Below are positions 24,044 through 49,369 of a DNA stretch of 64,000 nt, one piece after another; the first letter of the stretch is position 1; each line of letters starts with the position of its first letter. The DNA lies in assembly GCF_009914755.1 (NCBI RefSeq), contig NC_060946.1; one strand, written 5' to 3'. The position numbers were made by a program, and so were the translations under genes. Source of the DNA: the human T2T-CHM13v2.0 reference genome, Homo sapiens. The notes below the pieces were generated by a model. The model saw only the letters and a list, made by a program, of their open reading frames with translations. It searched no databases and was not told the DNA's origin.

Positions 24044-26179
24044 AATACATACTCACTAGCTATGACTCTGCTTTACAGGATAATTGGGGCAAAAATGTTC
24101 TTGGGTGAAACTGGGTAACCTAATTTGAAAGGTCTGGGAAACATGGCCCAATTTCAGCCTCGCTCGCCACTCACAGGCCAAGTGGAGGTTGCGGTTCATA
24201 ACATACTGGACACTAGACATCACTAATGCCTTCATTCTACAAATGGGAAAACCATGGCTGAGAGGTCACCTGATCTCCCAAGTTCACTCAGAGACGTGGG
24301 GATGGGCCGAGCTCCAGAGCCTGGGCCTTGCCCTGCTCCACCCCATACAGCACGAAGTTCCCTGGCCAACTAAGGAAGGAGTGCAAGGTGACTGAAGAAA
24401 ACAAAAACAAACAGAACTGACACAAAAAACAAACAAACAAAACTGAGTGCCAAAGAAGGAGAATTTGGGGGCTGAGGCTGTGGCTGCAGAGTGGGAGTGG
24501 GGATAATCAACGCTGGGCTCCTGAGTGTCTCTGGAAGGGCGGGCCCTGGTGTCCAGAGCGCCTGGTGCCCACCTTCCCCTTTCCCCCAGGGCCCCTGTCT
24601 GAGAGCTCTTCTACCCACTCCTGGCTGCTGGGGCACCTGATATTTTCCAAAACACAATTTTCACACCCTTAATAGTGGGCTGCGGAGGAGTCAGGATCAG
24701 AGCCTCTAGCTCAGATTTCCTTCCCTGAAAGGATACGGTCTTAGAAACTGCATGCTGTGCAGAGTCCTATCATTCAGAAGAAACACAAAACCCAAGCCCT
24801 GGGGAGTCACGTGGCCACCACGGATGCCCCGGCCTCGGACTAAGCTAAGGGCATTAGCCCGGGTGGCCTGTAGCTGCTCTGCAGCTCTGATCAGTCCTAC
24901 AGACACATGGCACCCCCCACCTGTCACCTTTAGGACCCTCCAGTCAGGCCCCCTTAAGATGCAGTGTTCCCCATGCTCACCTTTGAGGCTTACTCTGCTG
25001 CTAAGGAAACAGCATGCAACTTCCCAGGGTTATGAGAAATAATTTTCCTAGGAATGTCACCAGCTGCAGACGCCCCTGTCATAAACTGTCCCAGCTCTAA
25101 GCCGCCTAGGGCTTTTATCCCCTCCTCTTAGCTACTCATTACCCAGCTTAATTAGGCCAGGAAATGCTGGCGCTGAAGACACTCTCGGCAGGAGGCAGGG
25201 CTGGAGGAGAGATTCTCAGCAGCGCCACTTCCTGAGGCTTGATCTGGGGGCTGGGGAAGGCTGTGGAGGAGGTCGGCTGGGGATGGCAGGCTGCGTCCTC
25301 CAGTGAACAGCTGCTGGGAACGAAGCAGGGATGCACGCATTTGCTCCCCAGGCCCTCCAGGGAGCTGAGGGTTGCACTTGTTTACGGTAACAGCACCGGA
25401 TCTGAAGGCCTTGGAAGGCTCTGCCTGCCCCCACCCCAACCCTCCCATCTCAATTAACCAGCTTCACCACCCCACCCCCACTCTTTCCTAGGGAAGAGGT
25501 TGAAACCTCAGTTACCACTCACAATATTTCAGCCCCAACCCTGACATAATCACAGTCAAAGACCCAGCCTGAGATGCCTTCCATTTTCAGCCAGCCCCTG
25601 ACCTTCACCCTGAACCACCTTGGTCATGCACAACCTCCTGGTTCTTCACTAGGTGGAACACAGGAATGGGGTTGCCTGCTATAGAGCTGTATGTGCTTCA
25701 CCCAGTTTTGGAGCTTTCTGCTCCAGTGGCGTTGGAAGGGGAGTAGCAATGTTGAGGGTTCATAGAATGGGGTTTATATCAGACAGATGGGGGTCTAGAC
25801 TGTAGCTCTGCCCCAGGTCATTCTGTGACCTTGAATATGCTATTTCATTTTTCTGCACCTAAGTTTCTTTAGCTGCAAAAATGGGGGTGCTAATATCGGC
25901 TTCTTGGGAGGTTGAGATGATCTTATATCCTTATAGTAGACACAGGCAAATGTTCAGTAAGAAGTGGCCGGTATCTCCGATGTGGGGCACTAGTTCAGAG
26001 GCCTGCAGTTACCAACTTTTCTTTGCTGGGAGGTATGGAAAGGGGAAAACTAGTATTAATGAGATCCCGCTATCTGTGGAAGGTATTCATACTTACACGA
26101 TTTTCCTTTCATTTCCCAATTATCTGTGGAGGCTTTGAGATTTAAATGAGTAAACTGAGGCTCGGAGAGGGTAGGAGGG

Positions 26180-28890
26180 TGAGTCATGCCTCATGAGTGG
26201 CAGAGCAGATCATACAACAGGGCTACGGCAGATGCCCAGGGCTGCTGAGTCTGGGACTGCTTCGTGGCCTGGAAATGTCAGAATGACACCAGTCTAGGCC
26301 AGGCGCAGTGGCTCAGGTCTGTAGTCCCAGGACTTGGGGAGGCCGAGGTGGGCGGATCACTTGAGGTCAGGAGTTCGAAACCAGCCTGGCCAATATGGTG
26401 AAACCCGTCTCTACTAAAAATTCAAAAATTAGCCAGTTGTGTTGTTGGGCGCCTATAGTCCCAGTACTCAGGAGCCTGAGGCACAAGAATCGCTTGGACC
26501 CGGAAGGCAGAGGCTGCAGTGAGCTGAGATCAAACCATTGCATTCCAGCCTGGGCGTCAGAGCGAGACTTATCTCAAACAAACAAACAAACAAAAGAATC
26601 ACACCAGCCTAGAGCGAGTAGGATGACTAGAATCTCAGCAGCCACAGCACCAGGTGGATCATCGCCCTGGAGAGGGGAATATGAGGGCTGAGTCACAGTG
26701 TCATCCAAAAAGGACTTGTCAGCCTCTGCAGAGGCTGCCTCTCACCTGCGGAACACGTACCCACTGTGCTGTAAGTCCTGGAGCAATTTGCTTCAGCCTT
26801 CTCAGGTGTATGGTTTTATGCCTTGGCTTTTCCATTGTGTCCACATTTTCTCAGAAAATGCAAACTTCTTGAGAAGTGACCTCATTTCCCTCACCTGCAG
26901 CAAGACAAACGTAATTCTTGGCACTCAGATATGCAATAGTGCTGTGATTTTAACTTTTCTATGTAACTGTAACTTTGAAAAGTACTCTCCCATTCCACCA
27001 AGCAAAAAAAGAAAAAAAAAAAAAAGCCCCAGGGCAGGGGTGGAGGGATTGGGGCGTAAGGGGAACCTCCAATTCCATCCAGAGGAGGGCACTAGTCCAT
27101 CTGCTCAGGCCCTCCACACATCGAGGTGCTCCTAGGTCCCCAAGAAAATCTCTTGATCCACCCAAAGAATCCCAAACTACTGACCATTGGTTTCCAAGGT
27201 CCATGAGTCATGACACTCTTAGACTTACTTAGCTGGTAAGATGCTTCTCATTTGAAAAACACAAAATCAAGAAAGCTCCTGGCTGAGCAGCTAGAGGCAT
27301 AAGAAACCTTGGAATCCTAAACCATCAGGGTCTCTGGCTTTGTCAGTCTCTGTTGGGATCCTAGATAAGTGAAGTCAGGGGTAAAGAAAATAAATCGGCA
27401 GCTTCCCAGGGTGCTGGAAAGGCTGTCAGGCAGAACTTCCTTCCATGTGGCTCCAGGGAGCAGAACTTGGGTAAAGCTTCAGAAAGGCCGCTGTGGGCTT
27501 CACATGCAGCTGTTCCTAACCCCTGGGGCTGTCAGGAATTCTGTCTTGCTAAGGAAGGAAGGCCAGGCAGTGCAGGTGCAGGTGGGGGTTCTGGGGAGGT
27601 GGGTGCTGGGGGACTGTGCACCGAGGAAGATGTGGGGCCCTCAGGGTCACACCTCCCACCCCCAGAATTCTACAGACAAAGATGCTGTGATGTATAACTA
27701 GGAAAGGTGAAGGTGGGGGGACAGCCACTGAAACAGAGCCAGGATGTTGAGCTCTAACCCAGGGATTTTCCTCTCAACACCATCTGGGGCACGCTTTTAG
27801 AGCATCTCCCCTCCCCATTCACTCTACACCTCCTTTCCACCCACCGGGAGGCTCCATCTTCCTCAGTTGACTCCCACACAGAGGCAGAAGAAGGAGAAGC
27901 TGCCTCCACCCTGAGGAGCTTGGGGGCAAACATCTGCTCCCTACCATTGTTTCCCCTTATTTAGTGGGTGGGAAGGACCTGGCAGAGCTCTTCAGCCAAA
28001 TCACACACCCAGGTGGCAGTTTGGTGAACCCTCCTCCAGGGTAACTGGGGAAAGCTGAAAATGCCTGTTGGCCTGACAGGGGTTTTCAGAGTGTCACTCC
28101 CATGCTGAGTGGGTGGGGCGGAGAGGTGACATTCACCCTCCTCGGCAGCACCCCTTATGTCCCTCGTGTGTTCTCCGGCTGCAGAGCCCAGTGAGGCTAT
28201 GCAGTGACAGATAGTCACTTGTGCCTCTCTCTCCCTTCTGCTCCCCCCCGCCCCTGCCACTTCTACCCACCCAGGCTTGCAGCAGAGGGCCTGGAGTCTT
28301 GGGTGTGGGCAGGTGTTTATCTCATCAGACAACTAAAGTTTTGCCAGGGCTGGGCTGCGGGTTCACGCATTCACCTGCTGACCTGCTTAGGAAACACAGG
28401 GCAGGGTTTTGTTCCAGTGCCTTCCTGGCAGCCACACCCACTTAACACCAAATTCCCAATGCCAGGTCTGAGACAGAGGGGATCGCAGTGGAGACTGCAC
28501 TCGCTTCAGCAGTTACCAGCTCTGGTAATATCTGTTGAGCAACTGCTCCATGGCAGGGCTGGGGAGGTGGCCCGTGAACAAATTGGCCAGGGCAGGTCCC
28601 TGCTCCGACCTGTGGTGCTTGCAGTCACCGTCTGGGGAGGGACTGCAAAACCACACAGACAGTACGACAGACGGTGCACCATGAGGAGAAGGTCTGGCTT
28701 CCATGAACATGTGCCACAGCGGGAGCAAAGTAAATGAGATTGGAGGGGGCCAGGAGGAAATGACATTGAAGCTCAGAGGAAGAGAATTTAACCAGGACTG
28801 GACTGTCTTCCGGGGGCGATCAGAGCAAAGGCGCTAAGATGACAGGAGCCACTATGCGTCTGAAGAAGCCAGGTGGGTGCTGACTCACAG
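26180..28890. promoter_or_regulatory. AP-1 / NRF2-MAF motif cluster, candidate enhancer (contains one AluS at 26297-26595)
   Basis: TGAGTCA 26180, GCTGAGTCAC 26687, ATGAGTCAT 27203, TGCTGACTCAC 28878. Confidence 0.5.
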
Positions 28891-29324
28891 TTCTTATTCT
28901 GGTCTTTCTCATGACTTACCTGTGGCCTGACCCACAGCCCTTCATTTCTCCCTGGACAACGTGGCTGTCCAGAGGAGAGGAGACTGGGCGTCCAAAGTAC
29001 TGCCAGCCCCTGCGTTGTTATTATCGATTACAACGTGTTATTTCCAGCTTCTACCCTCTCCACAAAAAAAAGAGCCTTCTGGGAGAGGACACCTGCCCAG
29101 ACATAGCCTGGACTCCGCAGGGGTTCCCACAAGCACATCCAGGCTCTGTCATTCCCTCCTTGTAGATGATCTGGCAAATTTGGAGTTTGACTCCTAATTC
29201 TGCTGCCTCAATCCCTGCCCCTCCCCTCACATGAGCACTGTGGACGGTCGCATGTGCGCTTCCCCTGTTGAACTCAGACACGCATGCATGCCAAAGGGAA
29301 TCATACATTTCTTCTAGAATTTAT

Positions 29325-30670
<1,346 letters not shown>

Positions 30671-32145
30671 CTTATCCACCAGGATGTGATGATTTATTTA
30701 ATGATTTCCTTATTGATAGATATTTTGGGTCCCCCTTACCTTTTATTTATTTCTCTCTTTTTTTTGTGTGCTATTTTACCTAGGGTTACTTTTTAATAAG
30801 GTGAACTTAAGGTGGGTTGGAGTTCAGATTTTTTTTTTTTTTTAGAAAACTTACAACAGATAAAGATGAGGAACCCACCACTAACGATGTTGAATTTGTT
30901 TTTGTTTTTCTTGTAATAAGTCCTATTTGGAACCTTGGCCCATTTGCTACTGGGCCAGCCCCCTCCTGCTAGGATGACCTTAGCCCCCTGGGCCAGCCCT
31001 GCTTCCCCAGTCCCTACCCCCTGGTGCAGTGGTGATGAGACACCTCCCTCTGCTTCCTCTGAGCCCTCCTTCGACACTGATAGGCCGGGCTCACCCTTGC
31101 AGGGCTGGAATTTGCCAAGCTTGCCTCCCTCCCTCTGGGAATGAGCACTCCCCACCCCTCCCCCTTCATTTTCTCTGGAGCCTTTGGGACAAACAACTCT
31201 CTAGGACGGAGCTACCTCCTAAGGGAGGCCCCTCTGGCCTCTTCCCTGGCATCTGTGACCACCTGCGTCTGCCACAGCTTCTCTGGTCCAGCCTGACCTG
31301 ATGAGTCTATTTGTACTTCCTCACTGTCTTCTTTGAACCTTGATTTCTGAGGAAGTTTCCAATCCCACCCCCAGCCAGAGTCCTTCCTGTTCTCTCATGA
31401 TGTTTCTCCCCAGCTCAGGGCCTTTTGTTTTCCACCCCAACCCTCCCTGCAAGTTTGTCCCCCTTTGCCAGGAGCTCTCCAGCCCAGCAGCCTCTCTTCT
31501 TACTAATCTCTTTTCCAAACGCTGTCTTCTGTAGCCAGGTCTACCCAACAGAAAGTGAAGAAGGTTGGCAATTATCTAATGAGTCCACACAATGTAGACA
31601 GCCAATTAAAATATCCTTGACACAACCAATCCCCTCCGCTTTGTTGAAAGCTGAACTCCAGTGAGGCCTGCCCCTGACAAAATCTGTCACACAATCTAGA
31701 TGATTGGGGTGACAAGAACCGATGTTTATCTAACTAGCAAGTGAGAATTTCAGCTTTCTCTAGGTCTGGCTGCCATCTCTCCAAATAAAGGATAGTCCAA
31801 TGTACCCACAAACAAATAAACGAAACAAAAGAGAAAACACACACCACAAAAACTGCTTTCTTAGAGTTGGTGTCTAATTGTGAACTGAAGTCCACCCTCA
31901 AAATAGGAATTTCTGTGGAAGGTACTGTTTTTGTGGTGACTCGAATCCCAGCGTTCTATCTGTAGGTGCACCCTGGTGCAAAACACAGTGCACAGTGGAG
32001 TGCTGTAGCTTTCGCGTCTCCAGGGACTTTGACGTCCCTCCCTCTTGCCTTGTTGAAAAATTCAAACTAGAAGAATCCTATGAAATAAAATGCAATTAAT
32101 AAGCACTCTTTAGGTGTTTAGGGTTGGTTAAAGACAGAAGCCAGG

Positions 32146-37542
<5,397 letters not shown>

Positions 37543-37816
37543 TACTCTGCTTTCTTTAGCTCCTTTCCCTTCCCTTGCTCTTTGCACTGGTCCTGAGGAA
37601 ATTTTCCGGAATGGAGGCTGCTTACGCTGTAGCATTTTTCCTAACTGACCTCCTTTATGGCTTCCCTAGGCCGTCAGTTAAATCATCACTCCATCAGAAG
37701 CCAGTTTTCCCAAACAGCTTCTTTTTCTACTGACACTTCTCTTTGAGAACCCTTCTTTTTCTCCTTTTTTCCTTCCTGCAACTCCAGGCCTCTCCCTTTG
37801 CCTTCCCTGTCCCTTG

Positions 37817-37911
37817 TTCTCTCCATCATCCTCCCTGAGGACATCAGCTCTGGGAACCTTCCCTTTCTCTCCATCATCCTCCCTGAGGACATCAGCTCTG
37901 GGAACCTTCCC
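37817..37911. repeat. Exact tandem duplication with 48-bp period
   Basis: ttctctccatcatcctccctgaggacatcagctctgggaaccttccc at 37817 and 37865. Confidence 0.95.
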
Positions 37912-38147
37912 ACAAGCGTAGTATTTGTAGTATTCCTGTTTCTAACACTCACTTTACATTCCATGATTCGTTTCTGAGCACATGAAAGTAGCAATCCAAG
38001 GCAGTACAGTCTCATTTTAAAGGAAAGATGGGGATGGATTTCTCCAGCAGTCCTTGTCCTCATGGTTGCAAAAAGAATCAGCATTGTTTGGAAAAGAGCA
38101 GATTGCCAACCCCCCCACTCCTCCTCTCATACCATCAGGCCACTTCT

Positions 38148-38873
<726 letters not shown>

Positions 38874-40329
38874 TCTTCTTCAATGGAATTTTTTTTTTAA
38901 GAAACTTGGTTTCATTTTCCATTAAGGTGAAAGCTAACATCTGGGTTCAATTCAGTTCTTAACCTACACATTCTTGCTTTCTTTCTGTCTTGCCTGCTGT
39001 TTTGAGGTGTTTTAGACATTGATGAGTTTAAGTGCAAGGTGCAATGTAGACACATGTTGGCTAAGTTTGGGTTGCTTATTACTAAAAAGATTTTCTTTTC
39101 ATGTCTTAAAAGTTTTGCTTCTTCTCTACCCTCACTGTTATTTTTACAGCATGTATTCTAGCTCCTAAGCAATCAAAACATGTAGTGCTTCAGAAAGGAG
39201 GGAAAGTCATGTGTGGTCTGAATCGTAACACCAGAAGGAGAATTGGCATTTGTGCATCCTTCCCCATGGTGCCAGTCAGAGATGTTGGCTGAAAGCAATA
39301 CCATCAACTGTGGGTAACTCGAGCAGAGAAGGAATTGACAAAAAGGTAATTTCCAGGAAGCCTGGAGAACCAGGCTTGGACAGAACCAGGCTTGGACAAC
39401 AGGCTAAACACCAAGGCTGTCCAGGCACACAGGACACCAGCCAGGACCAGTGTCAGGAACAGCCTGGCTGATAAGCCCCTATGGGTACTGCCTCTAGGGA
39501 CCCTTGCCTGTGTTTCTGTGCATCAGCTTTAACCATCTTTACCTTTGTGGGTCTCCCTCCAGAACTGAAGGCTTGGGAGGAGTTTCCAATGGGTAAACTG
39601 GGCTATTTGTCCATGCCCATACTACCTGGGGGAAGAGGGAATGCGTTCAGCCTTTCGTGAAGATGCAGCCCTTCCCCACACCCGGGCGTCCTCACTGAGG
39701 AAGACTCACAAATAGGATGAGGGGTTGGGGAGAGGGCAACCAAAGCAATGGCCCAAGTCCACTCTAGCCCACTTTTTCATTCCCAGTACCCACGTGCAAC
39801 CCTCTTCCAGGAGGAGCTCCCAGAAGCCATGCACCTCCCTGTCCATATTGCCTGTCAGAACTTTTGGTAATTGGGATCAGTTAATCACCCGAGCCAACAC
39901 TTCAGCTCTCCTCTTTCTGTTTGCCTGATGGCACAAGGAGACAACATACCAGGTGTCTCTATTCACTTCCCTTCACCATGACTCCTTGCGCAAGCACTTC
40001 CCGCTTCGGTACTGAAGCCTCAAAACCAGCTGAGAACAGATTCGTGAAGACAGGAAGCAAAAAACTCGAATGGATCATTCAGTATAACTTTATCCACTTC
40101 CACCTCCCGCTTCTTAGCTCTGTGTATTCTGGCTATGGGAGGGGCCAAACCTTGTGTTCTTTACTGATTCAGAGCATACACTACATCCTGCCACCTAGCA
40201 CGCCAATCTCTGAAAGTGTTATCATTGTGTCTTTGGAAACTCATGCCATGTCACTGTTCTATGACTTCTGGATAATGGGGTATGTGACGAGATGATTGAA
40301 ACCCATGACAGTAAGTCCATTGCCTGCTT

Positions 40330-41912
<1,583 letters not shown>

Positions 41913-41954
41913 AAGGCATTCATTAATTTCACATTTCATGTGTAGCAGAATCAA

Positions 41955-42756
<802 letters not shown>

Positions 42757-44004
42757 GACAGTTACTAAATAACACAGTATGTGCAATGTAAAAATATAAC
42801 CTAAAATCACATTGAAAAAAACACAATAAAGAGAAAATATAAAGTATACCATTTGTACAGTGCATAAAGCAACACTGAAAACAGGCCCTGGCACCCAAAG
42901 AAACCGTGTTTATTTTCTAAGAAAGACTTTATTGACTTTGGTCAAATTCAATACTAGTTACTCTAATCAGGAAAAAAAAAGATGGTATTTTTATTTAAAA
43001 TCAAAGTTACAATGTCAGGTTCAGTTGCTGTAGTTGCCTAGAACTTTATGGATACCTGGTATTTATGGGTCTACGTACCTTGGATTGAAGTGGATTCATG
43101 TGACACAGAAAACCACAGAAGGGAAAGTATTTACAGTTTTTTTTGTAAAGGGAAGTGTTTTGTAAGTTAATGCTTTACTTTTATGTGACTTTCTCCCCCT
43201 AATGATCTAAAACTGCATGGTAGGCAACTGTGGTCACCACTTCGCAAAATGGGCCATAAATTTCATTAATAATCCAATTGATATTATGTGGGTCCAGGGT
43301 AGGAAAAAAGATTGCTCCAGGTTTTGTGGAGCTACCATCCCATGTGGATGAAACAGCGTATTGCTGACAGAGGCACACGTACGGAGCCACAGGGTAAAAC
43401 ACAGAGCTGCAAGACGCCCATGTTACATGATGGGTGAGCATCTGTAGTTTCCTTCCTCTTAGTCCCTGTGGAAACAGCCTCGATCCAGAAGGAGAAGGAC
43501 TGCTCTTGGTGCATGGGTGGGTGAAGGCTGAACTCTGAGGAAGCAGCTGAGGCTTGAAGGAGAGGCTCTGCGGCCAGGGCGCACGCAGGAAATGAAGGGA
43601 CTCAGATAGGATGAAGGGTTTCAGGTGACTTTTCATGTTGAGCACAGAGCTGGTCAAGAAAACTACAAATCAACACTCCTAGCCTCCTAACATTACTGGG
43701 AGACCCGCCTCCTTGATATCTCATGAATCGCAGAATTTCCCAGATAAAGTAGCTCATTTAATTATCCTCTTTGCTGCTATCACTAAACCAGTTCATTTTC
43801 CCACAGTTTCCTAGTCTTATCACAGATAGTAGAGATGGAAAACCTAAATTACACTCTAATGGATGAAATGTCAGTTCGAAAATCCCATGATTTGCAGCAC
43901 TTTTCTCTAGCATTACAGAATTTCCCCTACAAAGCTTCACAGCCATCAGACTTTCATCTTAACTCTGGCTTGACACTTCCCTGCAGTTCCCGTTCTACCA
44001 TTTC

Positions 44005-44005
<1 letters not shown>

Positions 44006-44032
<27 letters not shown>
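44006..44032. repeat. (TG)n microsatellite, about 13 units
   Basis: Read directly from the sequence. Confidence 0.95.
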
Positions 44033-44035
<3 letters not shown>

Positions 44036-44515
44036 CGCTATTGCAAATGCCTTGGTTGTCCAAGATTTGTATGTTTCACCGCCCCCCCACCATGTATGTT
44101 ATTATGGTAGCAGTCACATAATTGGCTCCCAATAAACATTTACTTGCAATTTGAGAAAAATTTATGGGTGAAGATATTCAAGTGCTATTCGTTTGTTCTC
44201 TGCTTCTGGGTGACCTGCAGGGACATCCCTTGCTCTCAATGTTAATGTTCCCAGTACTTTCTGTTCAGTGTGAAAAGGATCCATGAATTGTCTCCCACAC
44301 AAACCAGCCATGCAGGGCAAGATTTACTTCTAAGTGTTTCTTGTCGCCTTTGAAGTGTGATTGGAGGAGCTAGGCTTTTGTCTCCCTCCGCTGATGCCTA
44401 AACTTTAACCACTGGACATTCATTCACCTGTACTGAGTATGTCATTTTGCCTATGCCCTTTTAAAATGGCCTTTCCATGAGCAGTAAAGAATCCTAAGTG
44501 TAGAACCCAGATGAC

Positions 44516-46640
<2,125 letters not shown>

Positions 46641-47915
46641 CAGATGCTTTAAACTGACAGGTAAGGTCATTTGTGGTCTGGCCAACTCATGCCTGCTCCC
46701 CACCTGCAGCTCCAAACTCTGGTCCTCACAAGTGCCTTTAGCTCACCCAATGTTTCCTGCTGTCTTGATTGCCTTTAGTCCTTCACACAACGAGGCAATG
46801 TCCTTAGTTTCTCTGATCCCCATTTCACCTAGGTCATTCCTTCAGGTCTCAGCTGACTGTCTTCATCTTGCCGTCGCCAACCTCCCCAGAGAAGGCTGGA
46901 TGCCCCTGTGCTGGCCCCTGCCTAGGTCATTGCGACGCGCTTTGAGCCCAGCACAACACACAGCACTCAGTGCACTGGTGAACACAGGGGTCCAGAAGAG
47001 ATGAAAGGACCTAACAGCAGCCAGCAGAAAAGCAGAGGAAGGAGGAGAGAGAAAGCCTGAGAGTCAGAGAGGGGTGAAAGGGTGTGATCCTGAGTAGATG
47101 ACAGGGCACAGATGGGAGCTATGAGCTGTGTGTGACACACGCTGGGTCCCTGTGGCAGATGCAAGTGATCCATCTGTAGCTTATTCTTAGGAAGTGTGAA
47201 ATCAGTGTCAGGAGAGAAGGGAGCTGAAGCTAGCAACTGAAGAGTCAGCCTGGGAGAGGACGGAGAGAGAACATGCAGAGGAGAGGGAGCAAGCAGGAGG
47301 GGTTACAGGACCAGGACAAGGGCAGCAGTTTTGAGGGCAAGGAGGTCTTGAGCATCCGATAGGGCCATGGACAAGCCATGGATAGACAGAGGGAAACATC
47401 AGGGACAGGAGGGAACTCCTGGAGCAAGGCCCCAGATGGGTGGCCCCAGAGGGGCTGGGCGACCGGCACAGGTGGCAAGATTAGCTCTGGAAAGGGGTAA
47501 GGACACCCCTTCTTCCTCTGAGATAGCAGGAAGAAAGAACAAAGACACATATCATGGATGTCCCATGGAGGAAAGCTGAGGGAGTTGATACCTGACAGCC
47601 TCTACTCTGCGTGAAGTTGAAGTTTAAAGATTCAGGGAGTCTAGTTCCAGCCCTACCAGTAACTGCGTGGCCTCAGGCTATTCATGGAATCAATCTCCCC
47701 AGGCCTCAGAGTGCTCTGAAAACAACCTCATCTATCCTGGTAATTCAACAATCTGGTTTATAGACACTTCTTCGTTTCCATAAAAGCACTTAATTTGACA
47801 CACAACACACATTTCAGCTAAGCTTGCTAAACCTTGAAAGGACTGCCTTCTTGTTGAAGCAGAGTGAGTTTAGGGGACAATAAAAAAAGGCCACCAAAGA
47901 AAAGAGGAGGGCACC

Positions 47916-48433
47916 CCATTCTCCCCGTCACTTTCAGGTACACCAATCAAACATAGATTTGGTCTTTTCACGTAGTCCCATATTTCTTGGAGGCTTTGTT
48001 CTTTCCTTTTTATTCTTTTTTCTCTAAACTTCTCTTCTCACTTTATTTCATTAATTTGATCTTCAGTCACTGATCCCCTTTCTTCCAGTTGATCGAATCA
48101 GCTACTGAAGCTTGTGCATGTGTCACGTAGTACTCGTGCCATGGTTTTCAGCTCCATCATGTCATTTAAGGTCTTCTCTATACTGTTTATTCTAGTTAGC
48201 CATTCATCTAATCTTTTTCCAAGGTTTTTAGCTTCCTTGTGATGGGTTCAAACATCCTCCTTTAGCCTGGAGAATTTTATTACCGACCTTCTGAAGCCTA
48301 CTTCTCTCAACTCATCAAAGTCATTCTCCATCCAGCTTTGTTCCATTGCTGACTAGGAGCTGCGATCCTTTGGAGGAGAAGAGGCGCTCTGGTTTTTAGA
48401 ATTTTCAGCTTTTCTGCTCTGGTTTCTCCCCAT
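47916..48433 (-). pseudogene. Disabled L1 ORF1 fragment
   Basis: MGRNQSRKAENSKNQSASSPPKDRSS then TAG at 48355-48353; truncated near codon 172. Confidence 0.9.
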
Positions 48434-48775
48434 CTTTGTGGTTTTATCTACCTTTGGTCTTTGATGATGGTGACCTAGAGATGAGGTTTCGGTGCGGATG
48501 TCCTTTTTGTTGATTTTGATGCTATTCCTTTCTGTTTGTGAGTTTTCCTTCTAACAGTCAGGTCCCTCAGCTGCAGGTCTGTTGGAGTTTTCTGGAGGTG
48601 CACTCCAGACCATGTTTGCCAGGGTATTACCAGTGGAGGCTGCAGAACAGCAAATATTGCAGAACAGCAAATATTGCTGCCTGATCCTTCCTCTGTAAGC
48701 TTTGTCCCAGAGGGGCACCCGGCTGTATGAGGTGTCAGTTGGCCCCTACTGGGAGGTGTCTCCCAGTTAGGCTAC

Positions 48776-49369
48776 ATGAGGGTCAGGGACCCACTTGAAG
48801 AGGAAGTCTGTCTGTTCTCAGAGCTCAAACACTGTGCTGGGAGAACCACTACTCTCTTCAGAGCTGTCAGACAGGGATGTTTAAGTCTACAGAGGTTTCT
48901 GCTGCTGGCTTTTGTTCAGCTGTGCCCTGCCCCCAGAGGTGGAGTCTACAGAGGCAGGCAGGCCTTGTTGAGCTATGGTGCGCTCCATCCAGTTCGAGCT
49001 TCCCCTCTGCTTTGTTTACCTACTCAAGCCTCTGCAAGGGCAGACGCCCTTCCCCCAGCCAGGCTGCCGCCTCCCAGTTTGATCTCAGACTGCTGCGCTA
49101 GCAGTGAGCAAAGCTCTGTGGGTGTGGGACCCACTGAGCCAGGCGTAGGATATAATCTCCTGGTGTGCTGTTTGCTAAGACCCTTGGAAAAGGGCAGTGT
49201 TAGGGTGGGAGTGTCCCGATTTTCCAGGTACAGTCTGTCATGGCTTCCCTTGGCTAGGAAAGGGAAATCCCCTGATCCCTTGCACTTCCTGGGTGAGGCG
49301 ATGCCCCACCCTGCTTTGGCTCACCCTCCATGGGCTGCACCCACTGTCCAACCAGTCCCAATGAGATGA
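48776..49369 (+). other. 197-aa open frame containing an L1 ORF0 homolog; translation unproven
   Basis: ADALPPARLPPPSLISDCCASSEQSSVGVGPTEPGVGYNLLV...VRVGVSRFSR aligns with L1HS ORF0 (AGAPPPASLPPCSLISDCCASNQRDSVGVGPSEPGVGYSLVV...IRVGVTRFSR); the canonical ATG is AGG at 49037. Confidence 0.6.

Noticed and set aside
42760-43200. AT-rich stretch with AATAAA signals on both strands resembling a 3'UTR or processed pseudogene
   Set aside because: No recognisable parent gene, poly-A tail or TSD
48642-48680. gcagaacagcaaatatt duplication
   Set aside because: Appears to be native to older L1PA 5'UTRs rather than locus-specific
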